DNA of 64,000 bases from an uncultured Gammaproteobacteria bacterium (GTDB lineage Bacteria > Pseudomonadota > Gammaproteobacteria > DRLM01). The DNA is taken from the NCBI GenBank assembly GCA_963729605.1, contig CAVSNY010000003.1, forward strand, positions 352,001 through 416,000, read 5' to 3'. The number at the start of each line of letters is the position of its first letter. Position 1 is the stretch's first letter. The notes beneath the pieces are model-generated. The model was not told where the DNA came from, ran no database searches, and saw nothing but the letters and a program-made list of their open reading frames with translations. The position numbers were made by a program, and so were the translations under genes. Positions 40,550 through 56,192 of the stretch are shown piece after piece.

Positions 40550-41944
40550 CTACCGTTCGCTATCCTTGCCGAACCACGCCAAGCGCTCATGCAGACGCAC
40601 TACGTCGCCGATGATCAGCAAGGTCGGCGCGTGCACCGTGGTCTGCTTCACTTGCTCCGGCAAGGTGGCCAGGGTGCCGATCAACACTCGCTGTTCGCGC
40701 GTGGTGCCCTGCTCCACCAGGGCCACGGGGGTGGCGGCGGGCTTGCCGTGTTCGATCAATTCGCGGCAGAGGATGTCGAGACCGGTGAGGCCCATGTACA
40801 CCACCACGGTCTGCGCCGGCTGGATCAGCGCCGGCCAATTCAAATCCATGGTGCCGTCTTTAAGGTGACCGGTGACGAACAACACCGACTGCGCGTAATC
40901 GCGATGCGTCAGCGGAATACCAGCGTAAGCCGCGCAACCGTTGGCGGCGGAGACGCCGGGGACGATTTGAAACGGGATGCCTTCATCGGCCAGCGAGGCG
41001 ATCTCCTCGCCGCCCCGGCCGAAGATGAAGGGGTCGCCGCCCTTGAGACGCAACACCCGCTTGCCCTCTTTCGCCAGCTTCACCAAGGATTCGTTGATCT
41101 CTTCCTGACGCAGGGCGTGATAGCTGCGGCGCTTGCCGACGTAAATCCGTTCCGCCTCGCGGCGCACCAGATCGAGTATCGCGGGACTCACCAAACGATC
41201 GTATAAGACCACGTCACTCTGCTGCATCAAACGCAGGGCGCGAAAGGTCAGCAGATCGGGATCGCCGGGGCCGGCGCCGACCAGATAGACCTCGCCGCGC
41301 GGCGCCGAGGCCGGCGCCTGTCGCAGCAATTGGATCAAGGCCTGTTCCGCCGCCTGCTCGCGGCCGGCGTAGACCTGTTCGGCGATGGGGCCTTGCAGGA
41401 CGTCTTCCCAAAACCGCCGCCGCTCGGTGGTGCCGGCGAAACGCTGCTTCACCTGCTCGCGGTAACGCGCCGCCAGCGCGGCGAGCCGGCCGTAACCGGC
41501 GGGAATCAAAGTCTCCAGCCGCGCGCGCACCAGGCGCGCCAGCACCGGCGCCGCGCCGCCGCTGGACACCGCCGCCACCAGCGGCGAGCGGTCGATGATG
41601 GACGGAAAGATGAACGTGCAGAGCGCGGGTTGATCCACCACGTTCACGGGAATATTGCGCGCGCGCGCCGCCGCCGCGACCCGGCGGTTCACGCCGTCGT
41701 CGTTGGTGGCCGCCACCACCAGACGGCAATCCTGCAACCGCCCGTCGTCAAATTCGGTTCCGCCGTGGATCACCTCGCCGGCGTGTACCCGTTCCTGCAA
41801 ACGCGCGTTCAACGCGGGCGCCACCACGGTGACGCGGGCGCCGGCGCGCAACAATAAATCCGCCTTGCGCGCGGCGACGTCGCCGCCGCCGACGATCAGA
41901 CTGGGCGCGGCCTTGAGATCGAGAAATATCGGAAACCAATTCAC
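40550..41944 (-). CDS. cysG: siroheme synthase
   Basis: [45 protein letters not shown]; GTG start 41944. Confidence 0.95.
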   Translation of the reverse strand: MNWFPIFLDLKAAPSLIVGGGDVAARKADLLLRAGARVTVVAPALNARLQERVHAGEVIHGGTEFDDGRLQDCRLVVAATNDDGVNRRVAAAARARNIPVNVVDQPALCTFIFPSIIDRSPLVAAVSSGGAAPVLARLVRARLETLIPAGYGRLAALAARYREQVKQRFAGTTERRRFWEDVLQGPIAEQVYAGREQAAEQALIQLLRQAPASAPRGEVYLVGAGPGDPDLLTFRALRLMQQSDVVLYDRLVSPAILDLVRREAERIYVGKRRSYHALRQEEINESLVKLAKEGKRVLRLKGGDPFIFGRGGEEIASLADEGIPFQIVPGVSAANGCAAYAGIPLTHRDYAQSVLFVTGHLKDGTMDLNWPALIQPAQTVVVYMGLTGLDILCRELIEHGKPAATPVALVEQGTTREQRVLIGTLATLPEQVKQTTVHAPTLLIIGDVVRLHERLAWFGKDSER

Positions 41945-41949
41945 GAGAT

Positions 41950-43572
<1,623 letters not shown>

Positions 43573-43576
<4 letters not shown>

Positions 43577-43947
43577 AAACGCCTCCCCGCCAGCACGCCC
43601 AGCCACACCGCCGCCAGGCACAGGCTCACGCTCAGCATTACATTCATCAAGGCCTTCACCCACTCGCCTTCCTCGAAGAGCGTGAAGGTCTCCATGGAAA
43701 ACGAGGAGAAGGTGGTGAAGGCGCCCAATACCCCGATCAACAAGGCCGCGCGCCACTCGGGGCTCAGCGCCAAACGTTCGACCAGCAAGACATACAACAC
43801 GCCCATCGCCAGACAGCCTGATACATTCACTACCAAGGTGCCGTAAGGGAAGCCGCGCCCCAGCACGGCGTGCACGCCGTTGGCGACGCCGTAGCGCAAC
43901 AAGGCGCCGAGGGAGCCGCCGACGGCGATCGCTAGAATTTGTTTCAC
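43573..43947 (-). CDS. crcB: fluoride efflux channel
   Basis: GGSLGALLRY, FPYGTLVVN, GAFTTFSSFSMET; GTG start. Confidence 0.93.
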
Positions 43948-43991
43948 TCTCGACACCTCGCACGCTAGTGTAATGCTTCGTATAGTCAGGA

Positions 43992-44134
43992 ATCCCCTCC
44001 TTGTACAAGGAGGGGTGCCCCGCAGGGGCGGGGTGGTTGCATGCATTGTGCCCTGAGCTAAGCATGTTCACCGCGCCTTTGCACCCACCACCCCGGCGCT
44101 ATCGCGCCACCCCTCCTCGTTTGAGGAGGGGAGT
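43992..44134. repeat. inverted pair of CCCCTCC..GGAGGGG palindromic elements
   Basis: cccctccttgtacaaggagggg...ggggtggt and accaccccggcg...cccctcctcgtttgaggagggg. Confidence 0.6.
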
Positions 44135-44285
44135 AATGAAACAATTTGCCCTTTCATCGCAGAGCGAATATTTCATCCGTCGCGAAGCGCTACTAGCCAC
44201 ACAGGGCGCGTAAACACCGATTGAAGAGGGGAATTGCGCTACACAAACTCACCCTGCTTATTTTTTATCTCCGTGTCCTCCGTGG

Positions 44286-45620
44286 TTAAGATTTGCCCTT
44301 GTTTTCATCCAACTCGCGCAACCGCGCCAGCTTCTCGGCGATCTTGATTTCCAGGCCGCGCGGCACGGGATGATAATACACCCGCTCGCCCAGTTCCTCG
44401 GGAAAATAGTGTTCACCGGCGGCGTAGCCCTGCTCTTCGCCGTGCGCGTAGCGATAGCCTTTGCCGTAATCGAGTTGCTTCATCAGCCGGGTCGGCGCAT
44501 TGCGCAGATGCAGCGGCACGTCGAGCGAACCGCTGTTGCGCGCGTCTTCTTTGGCGGCGTTGAAGGCGGCGTACACCGCGTTGCTCTTGGCGGCGCAGGC
44601 GAGATAGACCACGGCCTGGGCAATCGCGAGTTCGCCTTCGGGGCTGCCGAGCCGTTCTTGCACGTCCCAGGCCTCCAGCGCCAGGGTCAGGCCGCGCGGA
44701 TCGGCGTTGCCGATGTCTTCGTTGGCCATGCGCACCACCCGGCGGGCGATGTAGAGCGGATCGCAACCGCCGTCCAGCATGCGCGCCAGCCAGTACAGCG
44801 CGGCGTCGGGCGCCGAGCCGCGCACCGATTTATGCAGGGCCGAGATATGGTCGTAAAAGGCCTCGCCGCCTTTATCGAAACGCCGCAAGGTGCCGCCGGC
44901 CAGCACCTCGTTGAGCAGTTCTTCGCCGATGCCGTGTTCGTCTTTGGCGGCGGCGAGGCCGGCGGCGATTTCGAGATAATTCAGCGCGCGGCGCGCATCG
45001 CCGTCGGCGGCCGCGGCGAGGCGCCGGCGCAAGGCCGCATCCATGGCGATGCCCTGCCCGCCCAAGCCGCGTTCTTCATCCGCCAGCGCGCGGTCGATCA
45101 CGCCGAGCAATTCATCGGCGCTGAGCGAGCGCAGTACATACACCCTCGCGCGCGACAGCAAGGCGTTGTTCAATTCGAACGAGGGATTCTCGGTGGTGGC
45201 GCCGATCAGGGTGAGCGTGCCGTCCTCCACATAAGGAAGAAACGCATCCTGCTGGGATTTATTGAAGCGATGCACCTCATCGACGAACAGGACGGTGGCC
45301 CGGCCCTGTTGCGCGCGCGCCTGCTTGGCCTGCTCCACCGCGGCGCGCACTTCCTTCACGCCGGAGAGCACGGCGGAGAGGCTCAGGAATTGCGCGGCCA
45401 CCCGCCGCGCGATCAAGCGCGCCAGGGTGGTCTTGCCGGTGCCGGGCGGACCCCACAGTATCATCGAATGGATGCGGCCCTGTTCGATGGCGAGCCGCAG
45501 CGGTTTGCCGGGGCCGAGCAGATGGGTCTGGCCGGCGTATTCGTCGAGATCGCGCGGCCGCATGCGGTCGGCCAGGGGCTGGCCGCTGAGATCGGATACC
45601 GCGAAGAGGTCGTCGTTCAA
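44286..45620 (-). CDS. rarA: replication-associated recombination protein A
   Basis: [41 protein letters not shown]. Confidence 0.96.
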   Translation of the reverse strand: MNDDLFAVSDLSGQPLADRMRPRDLDEYAGQTHLLGPGKPLRLAIEQGRIHSMILWGPPGTGKTTLARLIARRVAAQFLSLSAVLSGVKEVRAAVEQAKQARAQQGRATVLFVDEVHRFNKSQQDAFLPYVEDGTLTLIGATTENPSFELNNALLSRARVYVLRSLSADELLGVIDRALADEERGLGGQGIAMDAALRRRLAAAADGDARRALNYLEIAAGLAAAKDEHGIGEELLNEVLAGGTLRRFDKGGEAFYDHISALHKSVRGSAPDAALYWLARMLDGGCDPLYIARRVVRMANEDIGNADPRGLTLALEAWDVQERLGSPEGELAIAQAVVYLACAAKSNAVYAAFNAAKEDARNSGSLDVPLHLRNAPTRLMKQLDYGKGYRYAHGEEQGYAAGEHYFPEELGERVYYHPVPRGLEIKIAEKLARLRELDENKGKS

Positions 45621-45628
45621 GGCGCGGC

Positions 45629-46255
45629 CTATTCCCCCACCACGTCCACGCCCGGCGGGGGTTTGAAATCGAACAAGGACGGTACCAGTTTGGGATTGCG
45701 TTCCAAGCGCGAGAATTGCAGACGGGTGGTCTGGCCGAAGGTGTCCACCAGTTCCATCACCCGCAGATTGGTTTGGTCGAAAGCGAGGCGGATCCGCTCG
45801 AAGTTGGTGTCTTGCTGTTTAGGGATGAGCTCCACCCACTCGAACCCACCTTGCGCGCCCCGTTCGGTAATGGCGAAACTCTTTTCCAGATTTTCACCCG
45901 AACTCAATAACTGGGCGGGCGTGTTGCCTACCGTCTCGGTGAACGGCTTCACGGTGACCTGTTCCAGTTCGATGTCGTAGATCCAGACTTTTTTCCCGTC
46001 GGCGATGATCAGCTGGTGGTACGGCTCTTTATAATCCCAGCGGAATTTGCCGGGCCGCTGCAAGGCCAGCGTGCCTTGCGCCTGCTCGGTGATATTCATG
46101 CGCTGATCGAGCACGGTTTGCGAAAACTCGCCGCGCAGCGATTGAACATCTTTGAAAAAGGCGTCCAGCCGCTCGCGGCCGCCGGCCTGGGCGACGGAGG
46201 CGGTGAGACACCACAGCGTCAACGCGCCGCATAAATATTTTTGGTATCGCTTCAT
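45629..46255 (-). CDS. lolA: outer membrane lipoprotein chaperone
   Basis: Signal peptide, [29 protein letters not shown]; ftsK-lolA-rarA synteny. Confidence 0.93.
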   Translation of the reverse strand: MKRYQKYLCGALTLWCLTASVAQAGGRERLDAFFKDVQSLRGEFSQTVLDQRMNITEQAQGTLALQRPGKFRWDYKEPYHQLIIADGKKVWIYDIELEQVTVKPFTETVGNTPAQLLSSGENLEKSFAITERGAQGGFEWVELIPKQQDTNFERIRLAFDQTNLRVMELVDTFGQTTRLQFSRLERNPKLVPSLFDFKPPPGVDVVGE

Positions 46256-46353
46256 GGTTTGATGTCGGGTCCTGATCACGCCGTTTCCTTGAGGTTGTAT
46301 GCGGACGGTTCTGGTGCGCACGGCGCACCCTACATGGTTGCGTCGTGCGGGGA

Positions 46354-48664
46354 TCAATCCTCCACCGGCCGCGGCGCCAGCACTTCACGCATGCCGTTGG
46401 ATTGCAGAGGCCCGACCACGCCGGCGGATTCCATTTGCTCGATCATGCGCGCCGCGCGGTTGTAGCCGATTTTCAAACGGCGCTGCACGCCGGAGATGGA
46501 GGCGCGCCGCGATTCGGTGACCAGATTCACGGCCTGATCGTAGAGCGGATCGCTTTCCGCATCGCCGCCGCCGTCTTCCCCGGTGTAACTGCCCGGCGTA
46601 TTGCCGGTCTCGTCGCCGCCGGTGAGAATTTCCTCGAGGTAATTCGGTTCGCCTTGCTTCTTCAAGTGATCGACCACCTTGTGCACCTCGTGGTCGGCGA
46701 CGAAGGCGCCATGCACCCGCACCGGCACGCCGGTGCCGGGGGCGAGGTACAGCATATCGCCGTGACCCAGCAGTTGCTCGGCGCCGGATTGATCGAGGAT
46801 CGTGCGCGAGTCGATGCGCGATGATACTTGAAATCCGATGCGGGTCGGGATGTTGGCCTTGATCAAACCGGTGATGACGTCCACCGACGGCCGCTGGGTG
46901 GCGAGCACCAAATGGATACCGGAGGCGCGCGCCTTCTGCGCCAGGCGCGCGATGAGCTCCTCGACCTTTTTGCCGACCACCATCATCATGTCGGCCAGCT
47001 CGTCGATCACCACCACGATGAACGGCAGATGTTCCAGCAGCGGCGCCTCCTGCCCCTCCGGCACTTTGAGCAGTGGATTTTTCAAGGGCTGCTTGGCCTC
47101 GACCGCGTCGGCCAGTTTACGGTTGTAACCGCCGATGTTGCGCACGCCGAGCGCCGCCATCAGGCGGTAACGGCGGTCCATTTCCGCCACGCACCAGCGC
47201 AAGGCGTTGGCGGCGTCCTTCATGTCGGTGACCACCGGCGCCAGCAGATGCGGGATGTTTTGATACACCGACAGCTCCAGCATCTTGGGATCGATGAGGA
47301 TCATCCGCACGTCCCGCGCCGAGGCCTTGTACAGGATGCTGAGGATCATGGCGTTGATGCCCACCGATTTGCCCGAGCCGGTGGTGCCCGCCACCAGCAG
47401 ATGGGGCATGCGGCCCAGGTCCACCGCCACCGGCTGGCCGCCGATGTCCTTGCCCAGCACCAGGGTGATCGGCGAGGCGGCCTCGTCATATTCCTTGGAC
47501 GACAACAGCTCGCTGAGCCGGACGATTTCGCGGTGTTCGTTGGGCACTTCCAAACCGATCACCGATTTGCCGGGGATCACCTCCACCACCCGCACGCTGA
47601 TGGCGGACAAGGCCCGCGCCAGGTCTTTCGCGAGGTTGGTGATCTGGCTCACTTTGACGCCCGCCGCCGGCTGCAATTCAAAACGGGTGATGACCGGGCC
47701 GGGATGGACCGCCACCACCTGCACCTCGACGCCGAAGTCGGCGAGCTTCAATTCGAGCAGCCGCGACATGGCTTCGAGGGATTCGCGCGAGACACTGACA
47801 CTGGACGGCGCCGGCGGATCGAGCAAGGCCACCGGCGGCAGCGAACCGTCGGCGGATGGCTTGAACAGCGGCATCTGCCGCTCTTTTTCGACCCGCACGC
47901 TGGGCTCGACGGGTTTGATCACCGGCTCGATGCGCACCGGCGGGTGTTCCAGAATTTTCTTTTTCTTCTGTTCGAGGACCACGCTGTGCTCGCGTTCCTG
48001 CCGCGCGCGGCGCCCCGCCCGGTTGTCACGGAATTCCTGCCACTTGTCCTTCAGCCACGCGGCGCCGTTCAAGGTGTGACGGCCGGTGCCGTCCATCACC
48101 GCCACCCACGACAGGCCGGTGAACAAGGTGACGCCGGTGAGAAACAGCGCCAGCAAAAACAGGGCGGCGCCGACGGCGTTGAAGGGCTTGACCAGACCGT
48201 TGGCCACCACGTCGCCCAATATGCCGCCGCCGTTGAGCGGCAGGGACAAGGGATTCATCGCGTACAAAGTAGCTAGCCCCGCACCGGCGGCGATGGTCAG
48301 CGCGAAACCGATGCCGCGCAAACCCACCTCGCGGCCGTTGGAACGGCCTTCTTCACGGCGGCCGCGATAAATCAGCCAGGCCGTGTAGGCCACCATCAGC
48401 GGCACCAGATCAGGCGAGATAACCGAACAGGAACAGGAAGACATCGGCGAACCAGGCCCCCGCCACCCCGCCGATATTGGTGACTTCCTTGCCGCTGCCG
48501 CTGCGCGACCAGCCGGGATCGCCGGGGTTGTAACTCGCGAGGGAGATCAACAGATAAATGGCGATGGCGCCCAGCACGAACAGACCGCCTTCGCGCAGGC
48601 CCCGATTCATGTGATTGGCGATGGCCATCCCCCGTGCGTCCTTCTTCGATATCGTGGATGCCAA
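46354..48664 (-). CDS. ftsK: DNA translocase FtsK with a 1-nt frameshift near 48411
   Basis: N-terminal TM piece 48410-48664 plus motor ([14 protein letters not shown]) and gamma domain ([14 protein letters not shown]); removing one base gives FGYLAYLVP. Confidence 0.95.
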
Positions 48665-48894
48665 AAACTTATCCTACTGTCTAAATTCCATTGCCAACTA
48701 TTTTTTCGGCAAGCCATTTTAATGAATCCGGCCAGCGGATTGGAAGCCCGCGGCAAAACCACCGGAAATCCGGCCGCTCTCTTTACCCGACCTGCCGGTT
48801 TGCGTAACATGGCCGGCCACTCGTTGCACTCGGTCGTCGTCGATGGCCGCGGCTCGGCTTGAAAGCCATCCGCCCCGGACCCATCCTCAATTAA

Positions 48895-49866
<972 letters not shown>

Positions 49867-49876
49867 ATAAAAATTT

Positions 49877-49936
49877 AACCGCCAAGGCGCCGAGATTTTT
49901 AATCATAAAAAAGATTTTTTGGCGTACTTGGCGGTT
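49877..49936. terminator. inverted repeat between convergent trxB and tatD
   Basis: aaccgccaaggcgcc ... ggcgtacttggcggtt. Confidence 0.5.
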
Positions 49937-49973
49937 CGTCTGAGTTTGGATTGCTAAATCCCGTCCCGACCTT

Positions 49974-50762
49974 TCAACGCGCCGCGTCTTTAAATAAGCG
50001 GAAAAAATTAGCGCTGGTGATGTCGGCGATGGTCTCCAGCGACTCTCCCCGCAGTTCGGCGATGAATTCCGCGACGTGATGCACGTAGGCCGGTTGATTG
50101 GTTTTACCGCGATGCGGCACCGGCGCGAGATAAGGTGAATCGGTTTCCACCAGCATGCGCTCAAGGGGAACCCGGCGGGCGACCTCGCGCAGCGCGTCGG
50201 CGGTGCGGAAGGTGACGATGCCGGAAAAAGAAATATAAAAATTCAATTCGAGGGCGCGTTCGGCCATCGGCCAGTCTTCGGTAAAACAATGCATCACGCC
50301 GCCGGGTTGTGCGGCGCCCTCTTCTTCCATGATGCGCAGGGTGTCGGCCTTGGCGTCGCGGGTGTGGATGATGAGGGGCTTGCCGCATTGGCACGCGGCG
50401 CGAATGTGGCGGCGGAAGCGGTCGCGCTGCCACTCCAGTTCGCCTTTGGCGTAAAAATAATCGAGACCGGTCTCGCCGATGGCGACGATCCGCGGGTCGT
50501 CGGCCAAGGCCAGCAGTTCTTCCACCGTGGGTTCGCGACCGTCTTTGGCGGTGGGATGGACGCCGACCGAGGCATAGATATTGGAATACCGGTGGGCCAA
50601 CGCTTTGACCGCGGTGACATTGCCCATATCGATGCATACGCACAACATATGCGTGATGCCCTGTTCCGCCGCGCCGGCGAGCACGCTGTCGAGATCGCCG
50701 CCGAGCTTCTCCAGGTCGAGCCGGTCCAAATGGCAATGGGAATCCACCAGTGCAATGCTCAT
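49974..50762 (-). CDS. TatD-family DNase
   Basis: DSHCHL, GVHP, GETGLDY, HCFT, ETDSPYLAP. Confidence 0.95.
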   Translation of the reverse strand: MSIALVDSHCHLDRLDLEKLGGDLDSVLAGAAEQGITHMLCVCIDMGNVTAVKALAHRYSNIYASVGVHPTAKDGREPTVEELLALADDPRIVAIGETGLDYFYAKGELEWQRDRFRRHIRAACQCGKPLIIHTRDAKADTLRIMEEEGAAQPGGVMHCFTEDWPMAERALELNFYISFSGIVTFRTADALREVARRVPLERMLVETDSPYLAPVPHRGKTNQPAYVHHVAEFIAELRGESLETIADITSANFFRLFKDAAR

Positions 50763-50805
50763 GGGTCTCGCTTCGTGATGTGAAGGCCGCGGTCGGCGGC
50801 GGGGC

Positions 50806-51180
50806 TTACATTGTATGCGTCGGCCGGTCGGATTTTAAGGCGCCCGCCAGATAGGTTTCGATTTTATTGCGAAGATCCTTGCCGCTCTGGTCGTCGCCGA
50901 GTTGCACGCCGATGCCGGTCGAGCGGTTGCCCTGCGCCCCTTTCGGCGTGATCCATACCACCTTGCCTGAAAAAGGGATCTTCTCCTTTTCTTCCATGAG
51001 CGTGAGCAGGACGAAGACCTCGTTGCCGAGGGCGTAGGTCTTTTTGGTGGGGATGAACAGGCCGCCGTTTTTCACGAACGGCATATAGGCGTCATAGAGG
51101 GCTTGTTTGTCGGTGATGCTGAGCGAGAGGATGCTTTGCCGGCTGCCCGCTTTAGGTCCTTTGGCTGCGTTGTCTTCCAT
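50806..51180 (-). CDS. pilZ: type IV pilus protein PilZ
   Basis: LYDAYMPFVKNGGLFIPT...RPTHTM; holB-pilZ-tatD synteny. Confidence 0.93.
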   Translation of the reverse strand: MEDNAAKGPKAGSRQSILSLSITDKQALYDAYMPFVKNGGLFIPTKKTYALGNEVFVLLTLMEEKEKIPFSGKVVWITPKGAQGNRSTGIGVQLGDDQSGKDLRNKIETYLAGALKSDRPTHTM

Positions 51181-51215
51181 TTTATCCTTGATCCGCAGTA
51201 TGCCTGGTGGGTCGA

Positions 51216-52843
<1,628 letters not shown>

Positions 52844-53899
52844 TTAATTATTTTTTTCTTTATCCGGAGTGGTCGCGCGCGGCGTCAATTGATAACGCCT
52901 GACCGCCGCGTTATGTTCGTCGAGCGTCACCGAAAAACTATGGCTGCCGTCGCCCTTCGACACGAAAAACAAGGTATCGCCCGCCGCGGGGTGCAAGGCC
53001 GCGCGGATCGACGCCAGGCCCGGCAGGGCGATCGGGGTGGGCGGCAGTCCGCTGTAAAGATAGGTGTTGTAAGGCGAGTCACTGCTTAAATCAGCGCGGC
53101 GCAGATTGCCGTCGAAGGCAGCGCCCAGGCCGTAAATCACGGTGGGGTCGGTCTGCAAGCGCATGCCGGCCAATAAACGGCGCACAAATACCCCGGCGAT
53201 CTGGGTCCGCTCCTCGGGCACGCCGGTCTCTTTTTCTATGATAGACGCCAAAATCAAGGCTTGATAGGGCGAACGCAGCGGAAGCGCCGGGTCGCGCTTG
53301 GGCCACTCCTCGTTGAGACGGTCGCGCATGGTTTTATAGGCGCGCCGCAAAAAGGCCACATCGCTGATCCCGCGCGGAAAGTGATAGGTCTCGGGCATGA
53401 ACATGCCCTCGGGGTGTTGGTCCGGGTATCCCAAGCGGGTCATGATTTCCTCGTTGGACGCCCCATCCAAAGTCTGGAGTATCGCCTCGTGCCGCCGCAC
53501 GGCGTCCAGTAACTGGGCGAAGGTCCAGCCTTCGACGATGGTCAGGGTATGCTGGATCACGGAGCCGCTCACCACCATGTCCAACACCTGGGACGGTGTG
53601 ATCCCCGCCGGCAATACGTATTCACCGGCCTTGATCAAACCGGCCTTGCCCTGCCAGCGGGCCATCCAACGCAAATAGAAAGGATGATCCATGATCCCGG
53701 CCTGCTGGAGACCTTCGGCCAGGCCTTTCATGCTGGTCCCCGGCGTGATGATGAGATGGTGCCCTTCCAGGGGAATCGGCAGGGGATTGTTGGCAAACGC
53801 CTTGTAATCCATGATCAACCAACCGCCAAGCAAACTTCCAATTAATACAAAGAATCCTAATAGCTTAAAGAAGGTATTGGCTAATTTACTTGATCTCAT
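52844..53899 (-). CDS. mltG: endolytic transglycosylase
   Basis: LASIIEKET, LQTDPTVIYG, SPYNTY, GLPPTPI. Confidence 0.96.
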   Translation of the reverse strand: MRSSKLANTFFKLLGFFVLIGSLLGGWLIMDYKAFANNPLPIPLEGHHLIITPGTSMKGLAEGLQQAGIMDHPFYLRWMARWQGKAGLIKAGEYVLPAGITPSQVLDMVVSGSVIQHTLTIVEGWTFAQLLDAVRRHEAILQTLDGASNEEIMTRLGYPDQHPEGMFMPETYHFPRGISDVAFLRRAYKTMRDRLNEEWPKRDPALPLRSPYQALILASIIEKETGVPEERTQIAGVFVRRLLAGMRLQTDPTVIYGLGAAFDGNLRRADLSSDSPYNTYLYSGLPPTPIALPGLASIRAALHPAAGDTLFFVSKGDGSHSFSVTLDEHNAAVRRYQLTPRATTPDKEKNN

Positions 53900-54768
53900 G
53901 CGCCCGTTGCTTTCGGTTGATCCTCATCCGCGAATGGTAAAACCAGGGCCACCGCCCGGGCCACTTGACGGGTGACGGGACCGTGGGGAAACGACCAGTG
54001 CCCGAGACGGCGCAGCGGCCAGACGCCGATCACCGCGTTACAGACGAAGACCTCTTCCGATCGCGCCAATTCCGCCCAAGGCAAAACCCGTTCCTCCGCC
54101 GTCAAACCCCACGCCGCCGCCTCATCGAGGATGAGGCCCCGCATCACCCCGGCCACGCCGCATTGATCCACCGGCGGGGTGAGCAAACGTCCCTCGCGCA
54201 CCACGAAGACATTACTCTGAGTGCCTTCCACCACATTGCCCATTTGATCACACATCAAACCTTCGGCGATGTCGGGATCATACCATTCACGCCGGGCCAT
54301 GACCTGCTCCAAGCGATTGAGATGTTTGATCCCCGCCAAGACCGGATTGGCCGCGAGGCGGATGTCGCACAGCCGGGCGGTGATGCCTTCCCGCCAAGCG
54401 TGGTCGGGATAAGCGGGCCACGGTGAACACATCAATATCCGAGTGGCCGGCCCGGCCTCGGCATCGCGCGGCGGCCGGTAACCGCGCCCGCCTTCGCCGC
54501 GGGTGACGATGAGTTTGAGTATCCCCCGCTCGCGGCCCCGGCTGAACGCAGTTATTTCTTCTTCCAATTGCCGGCCGTCGAGTCCCGCGATACCCAATCG
54601 TTCGCAACCCGCCAGCAATCGCCGCCGGTGGCGGGTCCACAACGGCACCTGGCCCGCGTGGATCGCCATGGTCTCGAACACGCCGTCGCCGTAGTGCAGC
54701 CCGCGGTCGGCCACGGCGAGATGAGTTTGGGGACGGCCGTTGACCCAGATCGCGGTCTCGTCCGCCAT
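53896..54768 (-). CDS. pabC: aminodeoxychorismate lyase
   Basis: DRGLHYGDGVFET, GIKHLNRLEQV, GVAGVMR; start MADET at 54768. Confidence 0.92.
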   Translation of the reverse strand: MADETAIWVNGRPQTHLAVADRGLHYGDGVFETMAIHAGQVPLWTRHRRRLLAGCERLGIAGLDGRQLEEEITAFSRGRERGILKLIVTRGEGGRGYRPPRDAEAGPATRILMCSPWPAYPDHAWREGITARLCDIRLAANPVLAGIKHLNRLEQVMARREWYDPDIAEGLMCDQMGNVVEGTQSNVFVVREGRLLTPPVDQCGVAGVMRGLILDEAAAWGLTAEERVLPWAELARSEEVFVCNAVIGVWPLRRLGHWSFPHGPVTRQVARAVALVLPFADEDQPKATGA

Positions 54769-56102
54769 CAGTCCGCCGCCCCCAGGGCCAAGAGTAAACC
54801 ACGCGCCTTGGCGCGGGTCTCCGCCAATTCGGCCTCGGGTTCGGAGTCGGCGACGATGCCCGCCCCGGCGCGGAAGCCGACCCGCGAGCCTTCCATGACC
54901 AGGGTCCGGATCAGGATATTGAAATCGAGGCTGCCGTCGCGGTTGAGATACCCCATGGCGCCGGTGTAAGGCCCGCGCGGCCCGCCCTCCAGTTCGGCGA
55001 TGATTTCCATGCAGCGCACCTTGGGGCAGCCGGTGATGGTGCCGCCGGGGAACACCGCGCGGATCACCTCGCCCGGCGTCACCTCGGGCCGTTTGACGCC
55101 CCGCACGTTGGACACAATGTGATGGACGTGGGCGTAGGATTCGAGCCCCATCAACTCGTCCACCCGCACGCTGCCCGGCACGCAGACCCGGCCCAGGTCG
55201 TTGCGTTCGAGGTCGATGAGCATGACGTGTTCGGCCCGTTCCTTGGGATGGGCCAGCAACTCGCGCGAATAATCCAGGTCGCGCGCCAGTTCGCCGCTGC
55301 GCGGGCGCGTGCCGGCGATGGGGCGGGTCTCCACCACGTCGCCCGCCACGCGCACCAGCCGTTCCGGCGAGGAACTGACGATGGCGGATCGCCCCCACGT
55401 GGCCAGGCCGGCGAAAGGCGCGGGGTTTCGCCGGCGCAAGGCGGCGTATACCTCGTCGGCGCGCGCCGCGGCGTCGAGTTCCGCCCGCCAGGCCCGCGAC
55501 AGATTCACTTGAAACACGTCGCCGTCGAGCACGTAGTGTTTGATGCGGGCCACCGCGTCGAGAAATTGGTGCGGCGGGTCTTCGCTGAGGCTGAGCAAAC
55601 GCGGCGGCTCCGCTTCGGCATGTTCTTTCAGCCCGGCCATATCCCGCGCCATCAGCTCCAGCAATTCCGCCTCGCCCGCCTCCGCCACCAGATAGATTTC
55701 GCGGCTGGTGTGGTCGCGGATCACCGCTGCGGGAATCCGCGTGAAAAAGGCGGTGGGCAGGGCGCCGCGCGTAGCCGGCAAATGCAGGCGCGGTTCGATT
55801 TGGGCGGCGAGTTCATAACCGAGATAAACGAACCAGCCGCCCCGAAACGGCAAGGCGCCCTCACCCGCCGCCGGCAGACGGGCCGCGCGCCATTGATTGT
55901 CGAGCGCCGTGCAGAAATCCCCCGCGCCGCTCAAGGCCGCCGCTTCCAGGCTCAGCGTTTCGCCGGGAAACGCGAACAAAATATCGTAACGGGAATGCGG
56001 CGTACCGTGGGCCACGCTCTCCAGCAAATGGGGATACCGCCGCGGTGAGGCGCGGTGCAACGCCAGCAGGTCGTCGTAACGGGAAAGGCGTTTGACCAGC
56101 AC
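54768..56102 (-). CDS. pabB: aminodeoxychorismate synthase component I (chorismate-binding)
   Basis: GDVFQVNLS, SSPE, RPIAGT, KERAEHVMLIDLERND, FPGGTITGCPK; start may extend to 56159. Confidence 0.85.
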   Translation of the reverse strand: MLVKRLSRYDDLLALHRASPRRYPHLLESVAHGTPHSRYDILFAFPGETLSLEAAALSGAGDFCTALDNQWRAARLPAAGEGALPFRGGWFVYLGYELAAQIEPRLHLPATRGALPTAFFTRIPAAVIRDHTSREIYLVAEAGEAELLELMARDMAGLKEHAEAEPPRLLSLSEDPPHQFLDAVARIKHYVLDGDVFQVNLSRAWRAELDAAARADEVYAALRRRNPAPFAGLATWGRSAIVSSSPERLVRVAGDVVETRPIAGTRPRSGELARDLDYSRELLAHPKERAEHVMLIDLERNDLGRVCVPGSVRVDELMGLESYAHVHHIVSNVRGVKRPEVTPGEVIRAVFPGGTITGCPKVRCMEIIAELEGGPRGPYTGAMGYLNRDGSLDFNILIRTLVMEGSRVGFRAGAGIVADSEPEAELAETRAKARGLLLALGAAD

Positions 56103-56192
56103 GCCGCCGTTGCGGCGCGCTGCATGCAGTTGAAAAGAGATTATGGCCGAGTCCGACACATCAGGCGCCGCCGCGACGTCGGTCTAAGGCGC

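Noticed and set aside
43950-44285. Fluoride riboswitch upstream of crcB
   Set aside because: I could not find the conserved GATGG...TAA...CTGATGAC pattern; the hairpins belong to REP-like families.
46354-48664. Split ftsK or programmed frameshift
   Set aside because: One extra base explains it, there is no slippery site, and similar indels occur elsewhere in the window.
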